Positions 1 through 10,552 of a DNA stretch of 64,000 nt are shown piece after piece. How positions within the stretch are numbered: position 1 is the first letter of the stretch; each line of letters begins with the position of its first letter. Source of the stretch: Candidatus Zixiibacteriota bacterium. Lineage in GTDB: Bacteria > Zixibacteria > MSB-5A5 > GN15 > JAAZOE01. The stretch spans positions 224,001 to 288,000 of the forward strand of contig JBDREQ010000073.1 in NCBI GenBank assembly GCA_043819555.1, in the 5' to 3' direction. The notes beneath the pieces were generated by a model. The model worked only from the letters and a program-made list of their open reading frames with translations. It was not told the origin of the DNA and searched no databases. Both the position numbers and the translations under genes were made by a program.

Positions 1-1041
1 GAAATCGACGGCGTCTTAGGGCTTGATAATATCACCCAAATAAGAGATTTAATGGATAACAAAGATGCGAAGATTGCGATTGCTGAAAATAATTCGCGCG
101 AATACCGGGAATTTCAAATTGATCGCGAACTGGATCCAAATCAGGTTTTTGGCTATCTGAAAATATCCGATGGCTGCAATAACAGATGTGCCTATTGCAG
201 CATACCGGATATCAGAGGACGTTTTCGAAGCCGTAAAATGGAGAATATTCTCAATGAAGCCCGATATCTTATTAATCACGGCAAAAAAGAGATAATTCTC
301 GTGTCCCAGGAATGTACCGCCTATGGCTTGGATTTGTATGGCAGGCAATGCCTGTCGTCCCTGCTGGATGGTTTGTCGGGGCTGGACGGCGATTTTTGGA
401 TTAGAATTATGTATTTGCACCCCGGGCGATTGACGAGCGATCTCATCGACTATATCATTGACAATCCGAAGATATGTAACTACTTTGATTTACCTTTGCA
501 GCATTGCAGCGATGATATACTACGGGCGATGGGTAGAAAAACGACACGAAGTTCGATAGAAAAATTGATAAGTAAGATACGCCAAAAAAAAATGAGAAGT
601 GCCATTCGAACGAACTTTATAGTCGGTTTTCCGGGAGAAACAGAAAAGCAATTTGAGGAACTATGCTCTTTTATTGAAGAAATTGAATTTGATCGATTGG
701 GTGCTTTTGTGTATTCTCGTGAAGAAAACACCAAAGCCGCTGATATGCCGAACCAGGTAGAGCATAAAACCAAAGATGAACGATATCATCACCTGATGGA
801 AATTCAGCGCGAAATCGCGTTAACCCGTAATGAAAATGATATTGGCGAGCGGTTTGAGGGAATAATTGACAGAGTTAATTTTGAAGAAGGATATTCAATT
901 GCCCGAACCAGGTTTGACGCTCCGGAAATTGACCAGGAAGTTAATTTGAAAAATATTGATTTGAGACCGGGCGAATTTATACCGATAATTATAACTGGGT
1001 ACGACGGATATGATTTACTTGGAACAAGGGAGGAACAATGA
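1..1041 (+). CDS. rimO: Ribosomal protein S12 methylthiotransferase RimO (5'-truncated by window edge)
   Basis: Frame is open from base 1. Radical-SAM motif YLKISDGCNNRCAYC, WIRIMYLHP, FIVGFPGET and a C-terminal TRAM-like DAPEID segment. Confidence 0.92.
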   Translation, partial: EIDGVLGLDNITQIRDLMDNKDAKIAIAENNSREYREFQIDRELDPNQVFGYLKISDGCNNRCAYCSIPDIRGRFRSRKMENILNEARYLINHGKKEIILVSQECTAYGLDLYGRQCLSSLLDGLSGLDGDFWIRIMYLHPGRLTSDLIDYIIDNPKICNYFDLPLQHCSDDILRAMGRKTTRSSIEKLISKIRQKKMRSAIRTNFIVGFPGETEKQFEELCSFIEEIEFDRLGAFVYSREENTKAADMPNQVEHKTKDERYHHLMEIQREIALTRNENDIGERFEGIIDRVNFEEGYSIARTRFDAPEIDQEVNLKNIDLRPGEFIPIIITGYDGYDLLGTREEQ

Positions 1042-1691
1042 GTTCCGGAGTGAGCCTTGAAAAGACCGGTATATTTTTATCCAAACCAATCGCGCTTCTT
1101 CTGGTCTTAATTTATCTTTTGCAATCGACGCTTTTGATATTCCTCGTGAAAGATAAATACGAATTGCATAAAATTATCGACTTCCAGCGCAATCGTCTGA
1201 GCGAAATGGAAGAAAAGCTAAGGATTTTCCAAATTATTGAAGATTTTCAAATCGGCTTCAGTGATGACGAAAAAAAAGATCTGGCAAATGTCATATTCGA
1301 GGAAAGCCAGAAATACAATTATGACCCACTCCTGATAATGGCTGTAATCATGACCGAATCAACATTTAAAAAGGGGCAGGTTTCACAGGTTGGGGCGCGC
1401 GGAATAATGCAGCTTATGCCCGCCACCGGGTTCGATTTGGCCTCACGAAGCGGAATTGATTTGGAAAACCATGATCAATTTTTTGACCCGGCGTTGAATG
1501 TTCAACTGGGTACTTTGCATCTTTTTGAACAAATTTTGAAGTTTAAGGATGTCAAAAAGGGTATAATATCATATAATCTTGGGGAGACCCGAGTGCGAGG
1601 GAGGCTAAGAAATAATAAACCGCTTCCCGGGCGATATTTCCAAAAGATTTGGGAAAACTACAATATGCTGAAAGAAAAATACGATGTGTAA
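1038..1691 (+). CDS. Membrane-anchored lytic transglycosylase (SLT domain)
   Basis: N-terminal TM helix plus coiled coil; SLT motifs AVIMTES, GARGIMQLMP, SYNLG. ATGA overlap with the rimO stop. Confidence 0.88.
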   Translation: MSSGVSLEKTGIFLSKPIALLLVLIYLLQSTLLIFLVKDKYELHKIIDFQRNRLSEMEEKLRIFQIIEDFQIGFSDDEKKDLANVIFEESQKYNYDPLLIMAVIMTESTFKKGQVSQVGARGIMQLMPATGFDLASRSGIDLENHDQFFDPALNVQLGTLHLFEQILKFKDVKKGIISYNLGETRVRGRLRNNKPLPGRYFQKIWENYNMLKEKYDV

Positions 1692-2478
1692 GCTCAACCG
1701 CGAAATCATTATTTATTTATTCGTCACACTGCTGATATCAGTCATTCTGGCCGGGTGCGGCGGCATTACAATGAAAAATTATACCAGTTCCGAAGAGCAG
1801 TACCGGGAAGCGTACAAAGAGTTTCAAAAGAAACACTACGTAAAGGCCATAGACGGTTTTCAAAAAGTCGTTTATAATTTTAGCGGCTCACCGATGGTTG
1901 ATTCGGCACAGTATTACCTGGCCATGTCATATTATCTCGACAAAGAATATTATTTAGCCGCGGCCGAATTCGAACGGGTTGTAAATAACTATCCCGGTTC
2001 CGATTTTGTGGATGACAGCCAATATATGGCCGGATTGTGTTATTTTAAATCGTCTCCCAAAAACGCGGGGCTGGATCAGAATGAGTTAATCCGCGCTCTG
2101 GAAGTTTTGAATGATTTCGTTACAGATTATCCTGAATCCGAGTTAGTTGACGACGCCCGGGCAACTATTAAGGTCGGAATGGATCGTCTGGCCAAAAAAC
2201 GCTATCAAAACGGGCAAATGTATTTCAAACTGGCCTATTATAAATCAGCGCAAATATATTTTCAAACAGTCATTGATGAGCATACCGATAGTGACTGGGC
2301 AGCCCAGGCGTTATATTACCTTGCAGAAATAGATTTAAATAAAAAAGACTACTCCGATGCGAAGGAAAAATTCATAAACTTCCTGGTAATTTACCCGGAA
2401 CATGACCTGACCGAAAAGGCTCAGAAAAAACTGGTTGAAGCAGAAGAGAAAATTGCCAAATCGACAGAAACTAATTAA
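1684..2478 (+). CDS. bamD: Outer membrane protein assembly factor BamD (TPR lipoprotein)
   Basis: Lipobox ILAGC; TPR repeats with YP.S motifs; LDQ...A...F...YPES pattern typical of BamD/YfiO. Confidence 0.85.
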   Translation: MCKLNREIIIYLFVTLLISVILAGCGGITMKNYTSSEEQYREAYKEFQKKHYVKAIDGFQKVVYNFSGSPMVDSAQYYLAMSYYLDKEYYLAAAEFERVVNNYPGSDFVDDSQYMAGLCYFKSSPKNAGLDQNELIRALEVLNDFVTDYPESELVDDARATIKVGMDRLAKKRYQNGQMYFKLAYYKSAQIYFQTVIDEHTDSDWAAQALYYLAEIDLNKKDYSDAKEKFINFLVIYPEHDLTEKAQKKLVEAEEKIAKSTETN

Positions 2479-3067
2479 TCCATCCGAAGGCGGCCTCTGG
2501 GGGATAATGGGAGGCGCCTTCAATCCTATTCATTTAGGCCACTTGGTCATGGCCAATTCCTTAATGCAGTCTCTTGAAGCCGATGGAATGATGTTTGTTC
2601 CCTCAATAAATCATCCCTTGAAAAACGATCATAATCTTTCTTCAAGCTATGAGGACCGATTCAATATGGTTTCACTGGCCATTGAAGGTAATGAGAGTTT
2701 TATAATCGAGCATCCACCGGAAAGTTCGCCATACACGTTCGATTTGGTTGATTATTTGCAGAACAAATACCGCTTGGCCCGCTTTTTCCTTCCAATTGGA
2801 TCGGATATAATTAATGAATTTCACCAATGGTACAAAAGCAGCGAGATCGAACAGCACATCCGTGTCGTAATTGCGGTTCGCCCGGGCTTTGAGGTCAAAC
2901 CGCGATTAGACGGTCTTCTTAAAGGAGCGGAAATCATTAATATCCCTCAATTGAAAATCGCATCCCGGGAATTAAGACATATGATAAAATCTAATATTTC
3001 TATTAAGTACCTGGTTCCGCCCCAGGTAGAGGATTATATTAAGAAGCGGGGCCTTTATGCCGAATGA
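2435..3067 (+). CDS. nadD: Nicotinate-nucleotide adenylyltransferase (start uncertain)
   Basis: GGAFNPIHLGH (HIGH-type motif), IGSD..F..W, C-terminal YLVP..V..YI....LY. Confidence 0.9.
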   Translation: MKQKRKLPNRQKLINPSEGGLWGIMGGAFNPIHLGHLVMANSLMQSLEADGMMFVPSINHPLKNDHNLSSSYEDRFNMVSLAIEGNESFIIEHPPESSPYTFDLVDYLQNKYRLARFFLPIGSDIINEFHQWYKSSEIEQHIRVVIAVRPGFEVKPRLDGLLKGAEIINIPQLKIASRELRHMIKSNISIKYLVPPQVEDYIKKRGLYAE

Positions 3068-5786
3068 AAATTCCGGTTCTAAGTTAAAGAAATTATTCTT
3101 ATTTGACGGCTCGGCTTTGGCGTACAGGGCATACTATGCCTTTGTCAGAAATCCTTTAATCAATTCCAAAGGAGAGAACACTTCGGCAGCATTTGGCGTG
3201 GTCGGCTCAATTATTAAAGTTCTAAATAAGGAAAAACCGGATTTTTTGGCGGTCATATTTGATACCAAAGAACCGACTTTTAGACATAAATTATATGATG
3301 ACTATAAGGCCACTCGGTCAAAAATGCCCGATGACATGGTATCTCAACTTCCGAGAATCTATCAGGCCATTGATGCTCTGAATATAAAGCAAATTTCAAT
3401 GGAGGGGTATGAGGCCGATGATATCATGGCAACTCTTGCCCGTCAGGGGGCTCAGGAGGGCTTATCCATTCATCTCGTGACCAGTGATAAGGATATGTTC
3501 CAGTTAATCAATGAAAATATACACATGTATATTCCCCAGAAAGGCTCATTACCTCCAGTTAGAATGGATAGAGAGGCTGTGAAGAAAAAGATTGGCGTAT
3601 ATCCTGAAAATGTTACTGAATTAATGGCTTTGACCGGCGATAGCTCGGATAATATTCCCGGAATACCCGGAGTAGGTCCCAAAACGGCATTGAGTCTGTT
3701 AGAACAATTTGGAAACCTGCAAAATATTCTGGACAAAGCTGAAGAAATTAATGCTAAGGGAATTCGTAATAAAGTTCTCAACAATAAAGACATGGCGCTG
3801 CTTTCGTTAAAATTGGTGACTATTGATCAGAATGTCTCCCTTGATATTAAAATGGATGATCTAATCCGTTCAGAACCTGATATTGAAAAATGTAAGAAAC
3901 TATTTATTGACTTGGAGTTTTTTAATCTCTTGAAAGAGATAACGGGAGAATCCGTTAAGAAACCCGTCGAACAAAAACAATCCAAAGCTTCCTATAAACT
4001 CGTTAAAACTATATCTGAACTAAAAAATATCGTGGAGGAGCTTTCCACCAAGAAAGAGATTGCATTTGATACCGAGACCGATTCTGTCAATGCTCTTCAG
4101 GCTAACTTAGTTGGGATTTCGTTAGCCGGGAAAGCCGGAGACGCTTATTACATTCCGGTCTCTCATACCGAACAGCCCGAAAAAAATCTTAAGTTATCCG
4201 AAGTCGTTAAAATTCTCAAACCGCTGCTTACCGATAATAAAGTCCAGAAGATAGCGCATAACTTTAAATATGACTGGCAAGTAATGATACGACACGGCAT
4301 TACGGTATCTCCCGTATCTTTTGATTCTATGCTGGCATCATATATAATTAATTCTTCCGCACGCGGACATAATCTGGATAATCTTGCATTTGAGCATTTC
4401 AATTATAGGATGACTCCAATAACAGATTTAATTGGCAGCGGTAAAAACCAAAAATCATTCGCTACGGTTGATCCCCAAACAGCGGCACAATATTCAGGGG
4501 AAGACGCCGACTACACTTATCGATTAAGGGGGATTTTCGCTCACAAAATAGATGAATTGAACCTCCATCACTTGTATTATGATATTGAACTTCCGCTTGT
4601 CTCCGTTTTATCCCGCATGGAAATGAATGGAATAAAGATTGATTTGGACTTTCTAAAAACTCTTTCGAACGATATGCAGGCGGAAATCGACAGAATTGCC
4701 AGGGGTATTTTTGAAATGACCGGTTATGAATTTAACCTGAATTCTACGCAGCAGTTATCACGCATTTTGTTTGATGAATTAAAACTGCCCGCAAGAAGAA
4801 AAACGGCTAAGAAAACAGGTTTTTCAACCGATGTCCGGGTTCTTGAAGAACTATCGGCATTACATCCGCTCCCCAAAGCGATTCTTGAATATCGCCAGTA
4901 TAATAAACTTAAATCTACGTACGTTGATGCCATTCCGGAACTTGTTAATCCGGAAACGGGTAGAATCCATACTTCGTTCAATCAAACAATAACTTCGACT
5001 GGCCGACTATCATCATCTGATCCAAACCTGCAAAATATACCAATTCGGACCGAAAATGGCCGAGAAATTAGAAAAGCCTTTATTCCGGGCGATAAAAACT
5101 CATCATTAATGGTAGCCGATTATTCACAAGTTGAACTTCGTATTTTGGCTCATTATTCCGATGATAAGGGACTAATAAGAGCATTCAAAAACGGTGAAGA
5201 CATACATGCTCGTACAGCTGCCGAAGTTTACGGTATCCCAATCGAAAATGTAAATCGTGAGCAAAGACGCGCCGCAAAAACAGCCAATTTCGCCGTGGTT
5301 TACGGTGTCTCAGCTTATGGTCTTTCTCAACAAACCGAATTAAATTTAGCCGAATCCAAAGAGTTTATTGATACTTATTTCGACCGTTATCCCGGTATTA
5401 AAACCTATATGAAAAAAACTCTCGATTTTGCTCGGGAAAACGGATATGTGACAACATTACTGGATCGCCGCAGATATCTACCTGATATCAACAATAAGAA
5501 TTTTCAAATCCGTCAATTCGCTGAGAGAACTGCCATCAATACTCCAATCCAGGGTACCGCAGCTGATATAATCAAACTGGCGATGATTAAAATCGATAAA
5601 GCGATCAATTCAATGAAATCAAAAATGGTATTGCAGGTTCATGATGAACTGGTTTTTGACGCACCCGACGATGAACTTGAAGAATTGAAAAATATTGTTC
5701 AAAAACAAATGAGCGGAGCCATAAAATTAGAAGTCCCTCTCGATATTGATATTGGAGTCGGCCCCAATTGGCTGGAGGCAAAATAA
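3057..5786 (+). CDS. polA: DNA polymerase I (5'-3' exonuclease, 3'-5' exonuclease, polymerase)
   Basis: DGS..AYRAYYA, EADD; ExoI FDTET, ExoII HNFKYD, ExoIII YSGEDAD; polymerase motifs DYSQVELR, RRAAKTANF, QVHDEL. Confidence 0.98.
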   Translation: MPNENSGSKLKKLFLFDGSALAYRAYYAFVRNPLINSKGENTSAAFGVVGSIIKVLNKEKPDFLAVIFDTKEPTFRHKLYDDYKATRSKMPDDMVSQLPRIYQAIDALNIKQISMEGYEADDIMATLARQGAQEGLSIHLVTSDKDMFQLINENIHMYIPQKGSLPPVRMDREAVKKKIGVYPENVTELMALTGDSSDNIPGIPGVGPKTALSLLEQFGNLQNILDKAEEINAKGIRNKVLNNKDMALLSLKLVTIDQNVSLDIKMDDLIRSEPDIEKCKKLFIDLEFFNLLKEITGESVKKPVEQKQSKASYKLVKTISELKNIVEELSTKKEIAFDTETDSVNALQANLVGISLAGKAGDAYYIPVSHTEQPEKNLKLSEVVKILKPLLTDNKVQKIAHNFKYDWQVMIRHGITVSPVSFDSMLASYIINSSARGHNLDNLAFEHFNYRMTPITDLIGSGKNQKSFATVDPQTAAQYSGEDADYTYRLRGIFAHKIDELNLHHLYYDIELPLVSVLSRMEMNGIKIDLDFLKTLSNDMQAEIDRIARGIFEMTGYEFNLNSTQQLSRILFDELKLPARRKTAKKTGFSTDVRVLEELSALHPLPKAILEYRQYNKLKSTYVDAIPELVNPETGRIHTSFNQTITSTGRLSSSDPNLQNIPIRTENGREIRKAFIPGDKNSSLMVADYSQVELRILAHYSDDKGLIRAFKNGEDIHARTAAEVYGIPIENVNREQRRAAKTANFAVVYGVSAYGLSQQTELNLAESKEFIDTYFDRYPGIKTYMKKTLDFARENGYVTTLLDRRRYLPDINNKNFQIRQFAERTAINTPIQGTAADIIKLAMIKIDKAINSMKSKMVLQVHDELVFDAPDDELEELKNIVQKQMSGAIKLEVPLDIDIGVGPNWLEAK

Positions 5787-6377
5787 ATGAACATCGGGGT
5801 CACCGGATTGATTGGCTCGGGGAAATCCGAAGTCGCAAAAACCTTTGCAAGGGAAGGGGCAATACTGCTTGATGCCGATAAAATTGCCAAAGAATTTGTT
5901 GAAAACAATCGGAGCGTTATTAATCAGTTAGTGTCAAAATTCGGCGCAGGAATTTTGGATAAGAACAATAAAATAAACCGGCGAGAACTGGGACAAATCG
6001 CATTTTCGCATCCTAAAAAAACGAAAATACTAAATTCAATTGTTCATCCCCATGTCTTTGAAAAATTGGATAGTGGGCTTAGGGACGCGAATAAGAAAAA
6101 GAAGCATGCTGTCGTTGACGCCGCTTTACTTATTAGTTCCGGATATTATAAAAAAATGGATATAATTGTACTGGTGACCGCCAGAACCAGCCTGAGAAAA
6201 GAGAGATTACTACTGAGGGGTTATTCGGAATTGGAATTTAAACAACGATCAAAATCCCAACTATCGGTTTCTCTCCTAAAATCAAGGGCAGACATTGTGA
6301 TTACCAATAATAAAAACCTCGACATTCTCCATGAAAATTCTCGTGATATATTTCACAAACTTACCGAAAAGGGTTGA
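5787..6377 (+). CDS. coaE: Dephospho-CoA kinase
   Basis: IGVTGLIGSGKS P-loop, DAD, LNSIVHP; usual position directly after polA. Confidence 0.95.
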   Translation: MNIGVTGLIGSGKSEVAKTFAREGAILLDADKIAKEFVENNRSVINQLVSKFGAGILDKNNKINRRELGQIAFSHPKKTKILNSIVHPHVFEKLDSGLRDANKKKKHAVVDAALLISSGYYKKMDIIVLVTARTSLRKERLLLRGYSELEFKQRSKSQLSVSLLKSRADIVITNNKNLDILHENSRDIFHKLTEKG

Positions 6378-6438
6378 CTTCTAACGCCGATTTTATCAGA
6401 TTGGACCGAAAGAATATTGCCAATCTTCAGGAGGTAAA

Positions 6439-8451
6439 ATGAGTGCGTCCAATACAAAACAAGTCGGTAAAGATCCGGAAATGACTATAGAACAATTGAA
6501 AGAACGCGCCAATTATATGCGCGGTTTGAATTTAATATCGCTTTGTTGCGCAGGATCAGGTCACTCCGGCGGCACCCTTTCCATGATGGATCTTTTGGCC
6601 GCATTATACTTGAAAGTCCTCAAACACGACCCTCAAAATCCGTTCTGGGAAGATCGTGATCGGGTAATTTGGTCTGCCGGCCACAAAGCCCCCGCGCTAT
6701 ATGTTTCTCTCGCAATGTCGGGTTATTTTCCTGAAGAACAACTTTCAAAATTGAGAGCCCTGGGTTCGCCATTCCAGGGACATCCTCATTGGAAGGATTT
6801 ACCTGGGGTCGAAATTTCCTCAGGTAGTTTGGGACAGGGGTTCTCCGTCGCCGTTGGCGTCGCCTTAGCCGCCAAGTTAGATAAAAAAAATTATCGAGTT
6901 TTTGTCATCTCATCCGATGGCGAACAGCAGGAAGGCTCCATGTGGGAAGCGGCTATGGCGGCTTCCAATTTCAAACTGAATAATATGATTATGATTTTGG
7001 ATCGTAATCGACTTCAGATTGATGGTCCAACTGAGGAAGTAATGGCTCTTGAACCGCTGGCCGATAAATATCGCTCCTTTGGCTGGAATGTAATTGAAAT
7101 AGACGGCCACTCAATCGAAGAAATACTACCGGCCTTGGAAAAAGCATACAATAATACTGGTGACAAACCGACTGTGATTTTGGCAAACACAATCAAGGGT
7201 AAAGGTGTCAGTTTCATGGAGAACGTAGTTGGATGGCACGGTAAACCCCCAAACCGCGATGAGCTCGATAAAGCTCTCGAAGAATTGGGATTAACAGAAA
7301 CCTTTGATAAAGATAAATTTTTCAAAATCGCCAATGATTACCAAACGGAAGTCGAATCCAGATTAACAGCGCAACTTCCCAAGTTTTCCAAAGATTTTTG
7401 GTGGAACAAAAATGACAAAATGAAAGTCGATATGGACCCCACCCGTAAGGGAATGGGGCGGGCTTTATCCGAATATGGTGACGATGAGCGAATAGTTTGT
7501 ATCGGTGCCGATATTTCCGGTTCGATAACTATCTCAGAGTTTTTCGCCAAACATCCCGAACGTCTCAATCGCTGGTTCTCAGTTGGTGTTGCCGAGCAGG
7601 GTGCGACAACAATCGCTGTTGGTTTGGCCAAGGAAGGCAAAATTCCAGTTTTTGGGACATATGGAGTCTTTTCATCTGCCCGAAATCTGGACCAGATTCG
7701 AGTATCGGTCTGTTACGGTGATTTCAATGTCCTCATCGTCGGCGCCCATGGCGGCGTATCGGTCGGACCTGATGGAGCCACGCACCAGGAACTTGAAGCC
7801 CTGTTTCAAATGTGCGGTCTGCCAAATATGCATGTCGGCGTACCGTGTGATTCGGTGGAAACTAAGCGGATGACTAAGGCGATGCTTTTTGATATTGTTG
7901 GCCCCAAATATATTCGTTTTGCGCGTGAATCTACGCCAATTATTAGTACCGAGAAAACACCATTTGAATTTGGCAAAGCCAATATTTATCGCTTCAGGGG
8001 AGAGCAGGAACGCTTCATTGACGCTTTCGATGTCTGTTTTGCTGACGAATATAAAAATGAGAATGAAGATATCGCTCTGATTGCCTGTGGGCCGGAAACG
8101 GCCGAAGCCTGCCGGGCAGCATGGATTCTTAAGAATGATTTCAATATTGAGGTGCGCGTTGTCAATTTACATACTCTTAAACCTCTTGACAAGCCCGCAA
8201 TAATCAGAGCTGCGGAGGAAACGGGCGCCATATTAACCTGTGAAGAGCACCAACGGGGAGGTATGGGCAATTGGATTGCCTCTACGGTTATGTGCGATTC
8301 AAAATTGGCCGACAAAAAAGTGCTGTTTGATATGCTGGGTGTGGCCGATCGCTTTGGCGAATCAGGTAAATCCTGGCAGTTAATCAAAGAATTTGGTTTA
8401 TCGGCCGAGCACATCGCCGAGAAGGCTAAAAAATTAGTGGATAAAAAATAA
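6439..8451 (+). CDS. Transketolase, single-chain fusion of split-type N- and C-terminal subunits
   Basis: SGHSGG, RDR.IWSAGH, QGHP, GSLGQG, TPP motif DGEQQEG...N; C-terminal half GVAEQ, GPDGATHQ, TCEEH. SD AGGAGG before ATG. Confidence 0.9.
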   Translation: MSASNTKQVGKDPEMTIEQLKERANYMRGLNLISLCCAGSGHSGGTLSMMDLLAALYLKVLKHDPQNPFWEDRDRVIWSAGHKAPALYVSLAMSGYFPEEQLSKLRALGSPFQGHPHWKDLPGVEISSGSLGQGFSVAVGVALAAKLDKKNYRVFVISSDGEQQEGSMWEAAMAASNFKLNNMIMILDRNRLQIDGPTEEVMALEPLADKYRSFGWNVIEIDGHSIEEILPALEKAYNNTGDKPTVILANTIKGKGVSFMENVVGWHGKPPNRDELDKALEELGLTETFDKDKFFKIANDYQTEVESRLTAQLPKFSKDFWWNKNDKMKVDMDPTRKGMGRALSEYGDDERIVCIGADISGSITISEFFAKHPERLNRWFSVGVAEQGATTIAVGLAKEGKIPVFGTYGVFSSARNLDQIRVSVCYGDFNVLIVGAHGGVSVGPDGATHQELEALFQMCGLPNMHVGVPCDSVETKRMTKAMLFDIVGPKYIRFARESTPIISTEKTPFEFGKANIYRFRGEQERFIDAFDVCFADEYKNENEDIALIACGPETAEACRAAWILKNDFNIEVRVVNLHTLKPLDKPAIIRAAEETGAILTCEEHQRGGMGNWIASTVMCDSKLADKKVLFDMLGVADRFGESGKSWQLIKEFGLSAEHIAEKAKKLVDKK

Positions 8452-8468
8452 CCATATAGGGGTAAATT

Positions 8469-9641
8469 ATGGACCTGGCAAAAAGAATGTCTCGCCTGGG
8501 TACTGAATCAGCATTTGAAGTTCTTGCCCGAGCCCAAAGGCTGGAAAAAGAAAAAGGCATAGAATATGTTCATTTGCAAATAGGTGAACCGGATTTTGCA
8601 ACGCCATCAAATATTTCTGATGCCGCGATAAAAGCAATTGGCGATGAATTTACTCATTATACGCCATCTCCGGGAATGCTTGATGTTCGTGAAGCAATTT
8701 GCCAAAACTATAATAAATTGAATAACGTCCGGTATAATCCGGATCAGATTGTCGTAACTCCCGGCAGTAAACCGATAATGTTCGCGCTTATTATGATGCT
8801 TGGAGAGCCCGGGGTTGAAATTATTTATCCCGATCCGGGATACCCGATTTATAAATCAGTGATTGATTTTTCCGGGGCGACGTCAGTTCCGATTCCATTG
8901 CGAGAAGAAAATGAATTCCGCCTGGACGTTGACGAATTGGCCTCGCTGGTTACTTCCAAAACGAAACTTCTGATAATCAATACCCCACAGAATCCAACCG
9001 GAGGAGTTCTGACCAGGGATGATCTTGAAAAAATATACAAGCTTGCCTGCGATAAAGATTTCTATGTAATGAATGATGAAGTGTATTCGAGAATCATCTA
9101 TGGCATGAAATTCGAAACTATCGCTCAGTTTGATGAAAAAAAGGAAAGAGTTATTGTTTCCGATGGATTATCCAAAGTCTATGCCATGTGCGGATGGAGG
9201 CTTGGCTGGGGAATGATGCCTCTTGAGCTGGCTCCGTCAATAGCCCGAATTCAGACTAATATCACTTCCTGCGCGACATCATTTGTTCAGAAAGCCGCAA
9301 TTGAGGCCTTACTGGGAGATCAGTCGGGAGCCAATAAAATGGTTGCCGAATTTGAACGACGCCGCGATTTTTTTGTTGATGGCCTGAATGACATTGAAGG
9401 ATTTTCATGTCTCAAACCGAATGGCGCTTTTTATGTCTGGCCCAACATCAAAAAAACTGGCTGGAAATCAGCCGATTTGGCGGAATATCTTATCACCGAA
9501 CTGGGTATTGCCGGTCTTTCGGGAACTGCCTTTGGCGCGGAAGGGGAGGGGTACTTACGCTTTTCGTATGCAAATTCAATTGACAATATTGAGAAAGCTA
9601 TTACTCGTTTAAAAGAAGCAATTCCCAATCTAATCAAATAG
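8469..9641 (+). CDS. PLP-dependent class I aminotransferase (aspartate aminotransferase-like)
   Basis: IGEPDF, NTPQNPTG, DEVY, SKVYAMCGWRLG, GAFY, LRFSYA. Confidence 0.92.
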   Translation: MDLAKRMSRLGTESAFEVLARAQRLEKEKGIEYVHLQIGEPDFATPSNISDAAIKAIGDEFTHYTPSPGMLDVREAICQNYNKLNNVRYNPDQIVVTPGSKPIMFALIMMLGEPGVEIIYPDPGYPIYKSVIDFSGATSVPIPLREENEFRLDVDELASLVTSKTKLLIINTPQNPTGGVLTRDDLEKIYKLACDKDFYVMNDEVYSRIIYGMKFETIAQFDEKKERVIVSDGLSKVYAMCGWRLGWGMMPLELAPSIARIQTNITSCATSFVQKAAIEALLGDQSGANKMVAEFERRRDFFVDGLNDIEGFSCLKPNGAFYVWPNIKKTGWKSADLAEYLITELGIAGLSGTAFGAEGEGYLRFSYANSIDNIEKAITRLKEAIPNLIK

Positions 9642-9663
9642 AGCTTTAATAGATTTATGCAAT

Positions 9664-9696
9664 AAGCCGGGATAATTTTTATCCCGGCTTTTTTTT
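9664..9696 (+). terminator. Rho-independent terminator after the aminotransferase
   Basis: 12-bp perfect stem AAGCCGGGATAA/TTATCCCGGCTT, loop TTT, followed by a T-run. Confidence 0.85.
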
Positions 9697-9757
9697 ACGA
9701 CTGGCCAGACATAAGTTTTTGGTTGCCTTATGCGTATAATCTTAATATGGATATAAA

Positions 9758-10552
9758 ATGTTGCACGGAATAGTAACAGCCCCGGTTATTGACCTCAGGG
9801 CCGGGCCGGAATTTAAATCTGAACGTCTTAGCCAGGCTTTGTTTGGAACTCCGATTGAAATTATCGAGCCGGGGATAGAATATTCCCATATCCAATTAAT
9901 TGAAGGATATCGAGGTTGGGGAAAAAATAGCCACATCTTGCAGCTTAACTATGAGTATTGGAAAAAATATCTTGAAGCCCGCAAGTATATCGTTAAAAAT
10001 GATTGCGTAGTTCTCAAAACTAAATCCAAAAAACGAATCATCCCGCACCGGCTCTATTTCGGTACGCGGCTAATCATTTCCGAGGTCAAAGGCAAAACCT
10101 ATTTTAATATTCCGACCTGGAGAAAAATACAAATAAGTAAAAGCTCGCTTAAAGCTATCCCATTAAAAATCTCCAAAGGTATTTCCGGTGAAACCCTGGT
10201 TAAGACTGCGGAGAAATTTCTTGGCGTTCCATACCTATGGGGAGGAATCACTCCGGCCGGTTTTGACTGCAGCGGCCTTGTGCAGTCAGTATGCCGATTT
10301 CATGGAATCGAAGTGCCTCGAGATAGCAAAGACCAGAGAGGAGTTGGGTTTGCCATCGAACGCCGTGAGTTAAGGACGGGCGATCTGCTGTTCTTTGAAG
10401 GCCATGTGGCCATATCAAGAGGCGGCCTGGAAATAATTCATGCTAATCTTGGGCGAGGAATGATTTCATATGATTCGCTTGATCCCAAATCAGCAATTTA
10501 TCGGGAGGATCTCGACAAAGGATTCCTAATCGCCCGGCGGCTGTCATTATGA
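9758..10552 (+). CDS. NlpC/P60 (C40) gamma-D-glutamyl peptidase with N-terminal SH3b-like domain (YkfC-like)
   Basis: SQALFG SH3b-like start; PYLWGG, FDCSG (catalytic Cys), GHVAI, IIHA. Confidence 0.88.
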   Translation: MLHGIVTAPVIDLRAGPEFKSERLSQALFGTPIEIIEPGIEYSHIQLIEGYRGWGKNSHILQLNYEYWKKYLEARKYIVKNDCVVLKTKSKKRIIPHRLYFGTRLIISEVKGKTYFNIPTWRKIQISKSSLKAIPLKISKGISGETLVKTAEKFLGVPYLWGGITPAGFDCSGLVQSVCRFHGIEVPRDSKDQRGVGFAIERRELRTGDLLFFEGHVAISRGGLEIIHANLGRGMISYDSLDPKSAIYREDLDKGFLIARRLSL

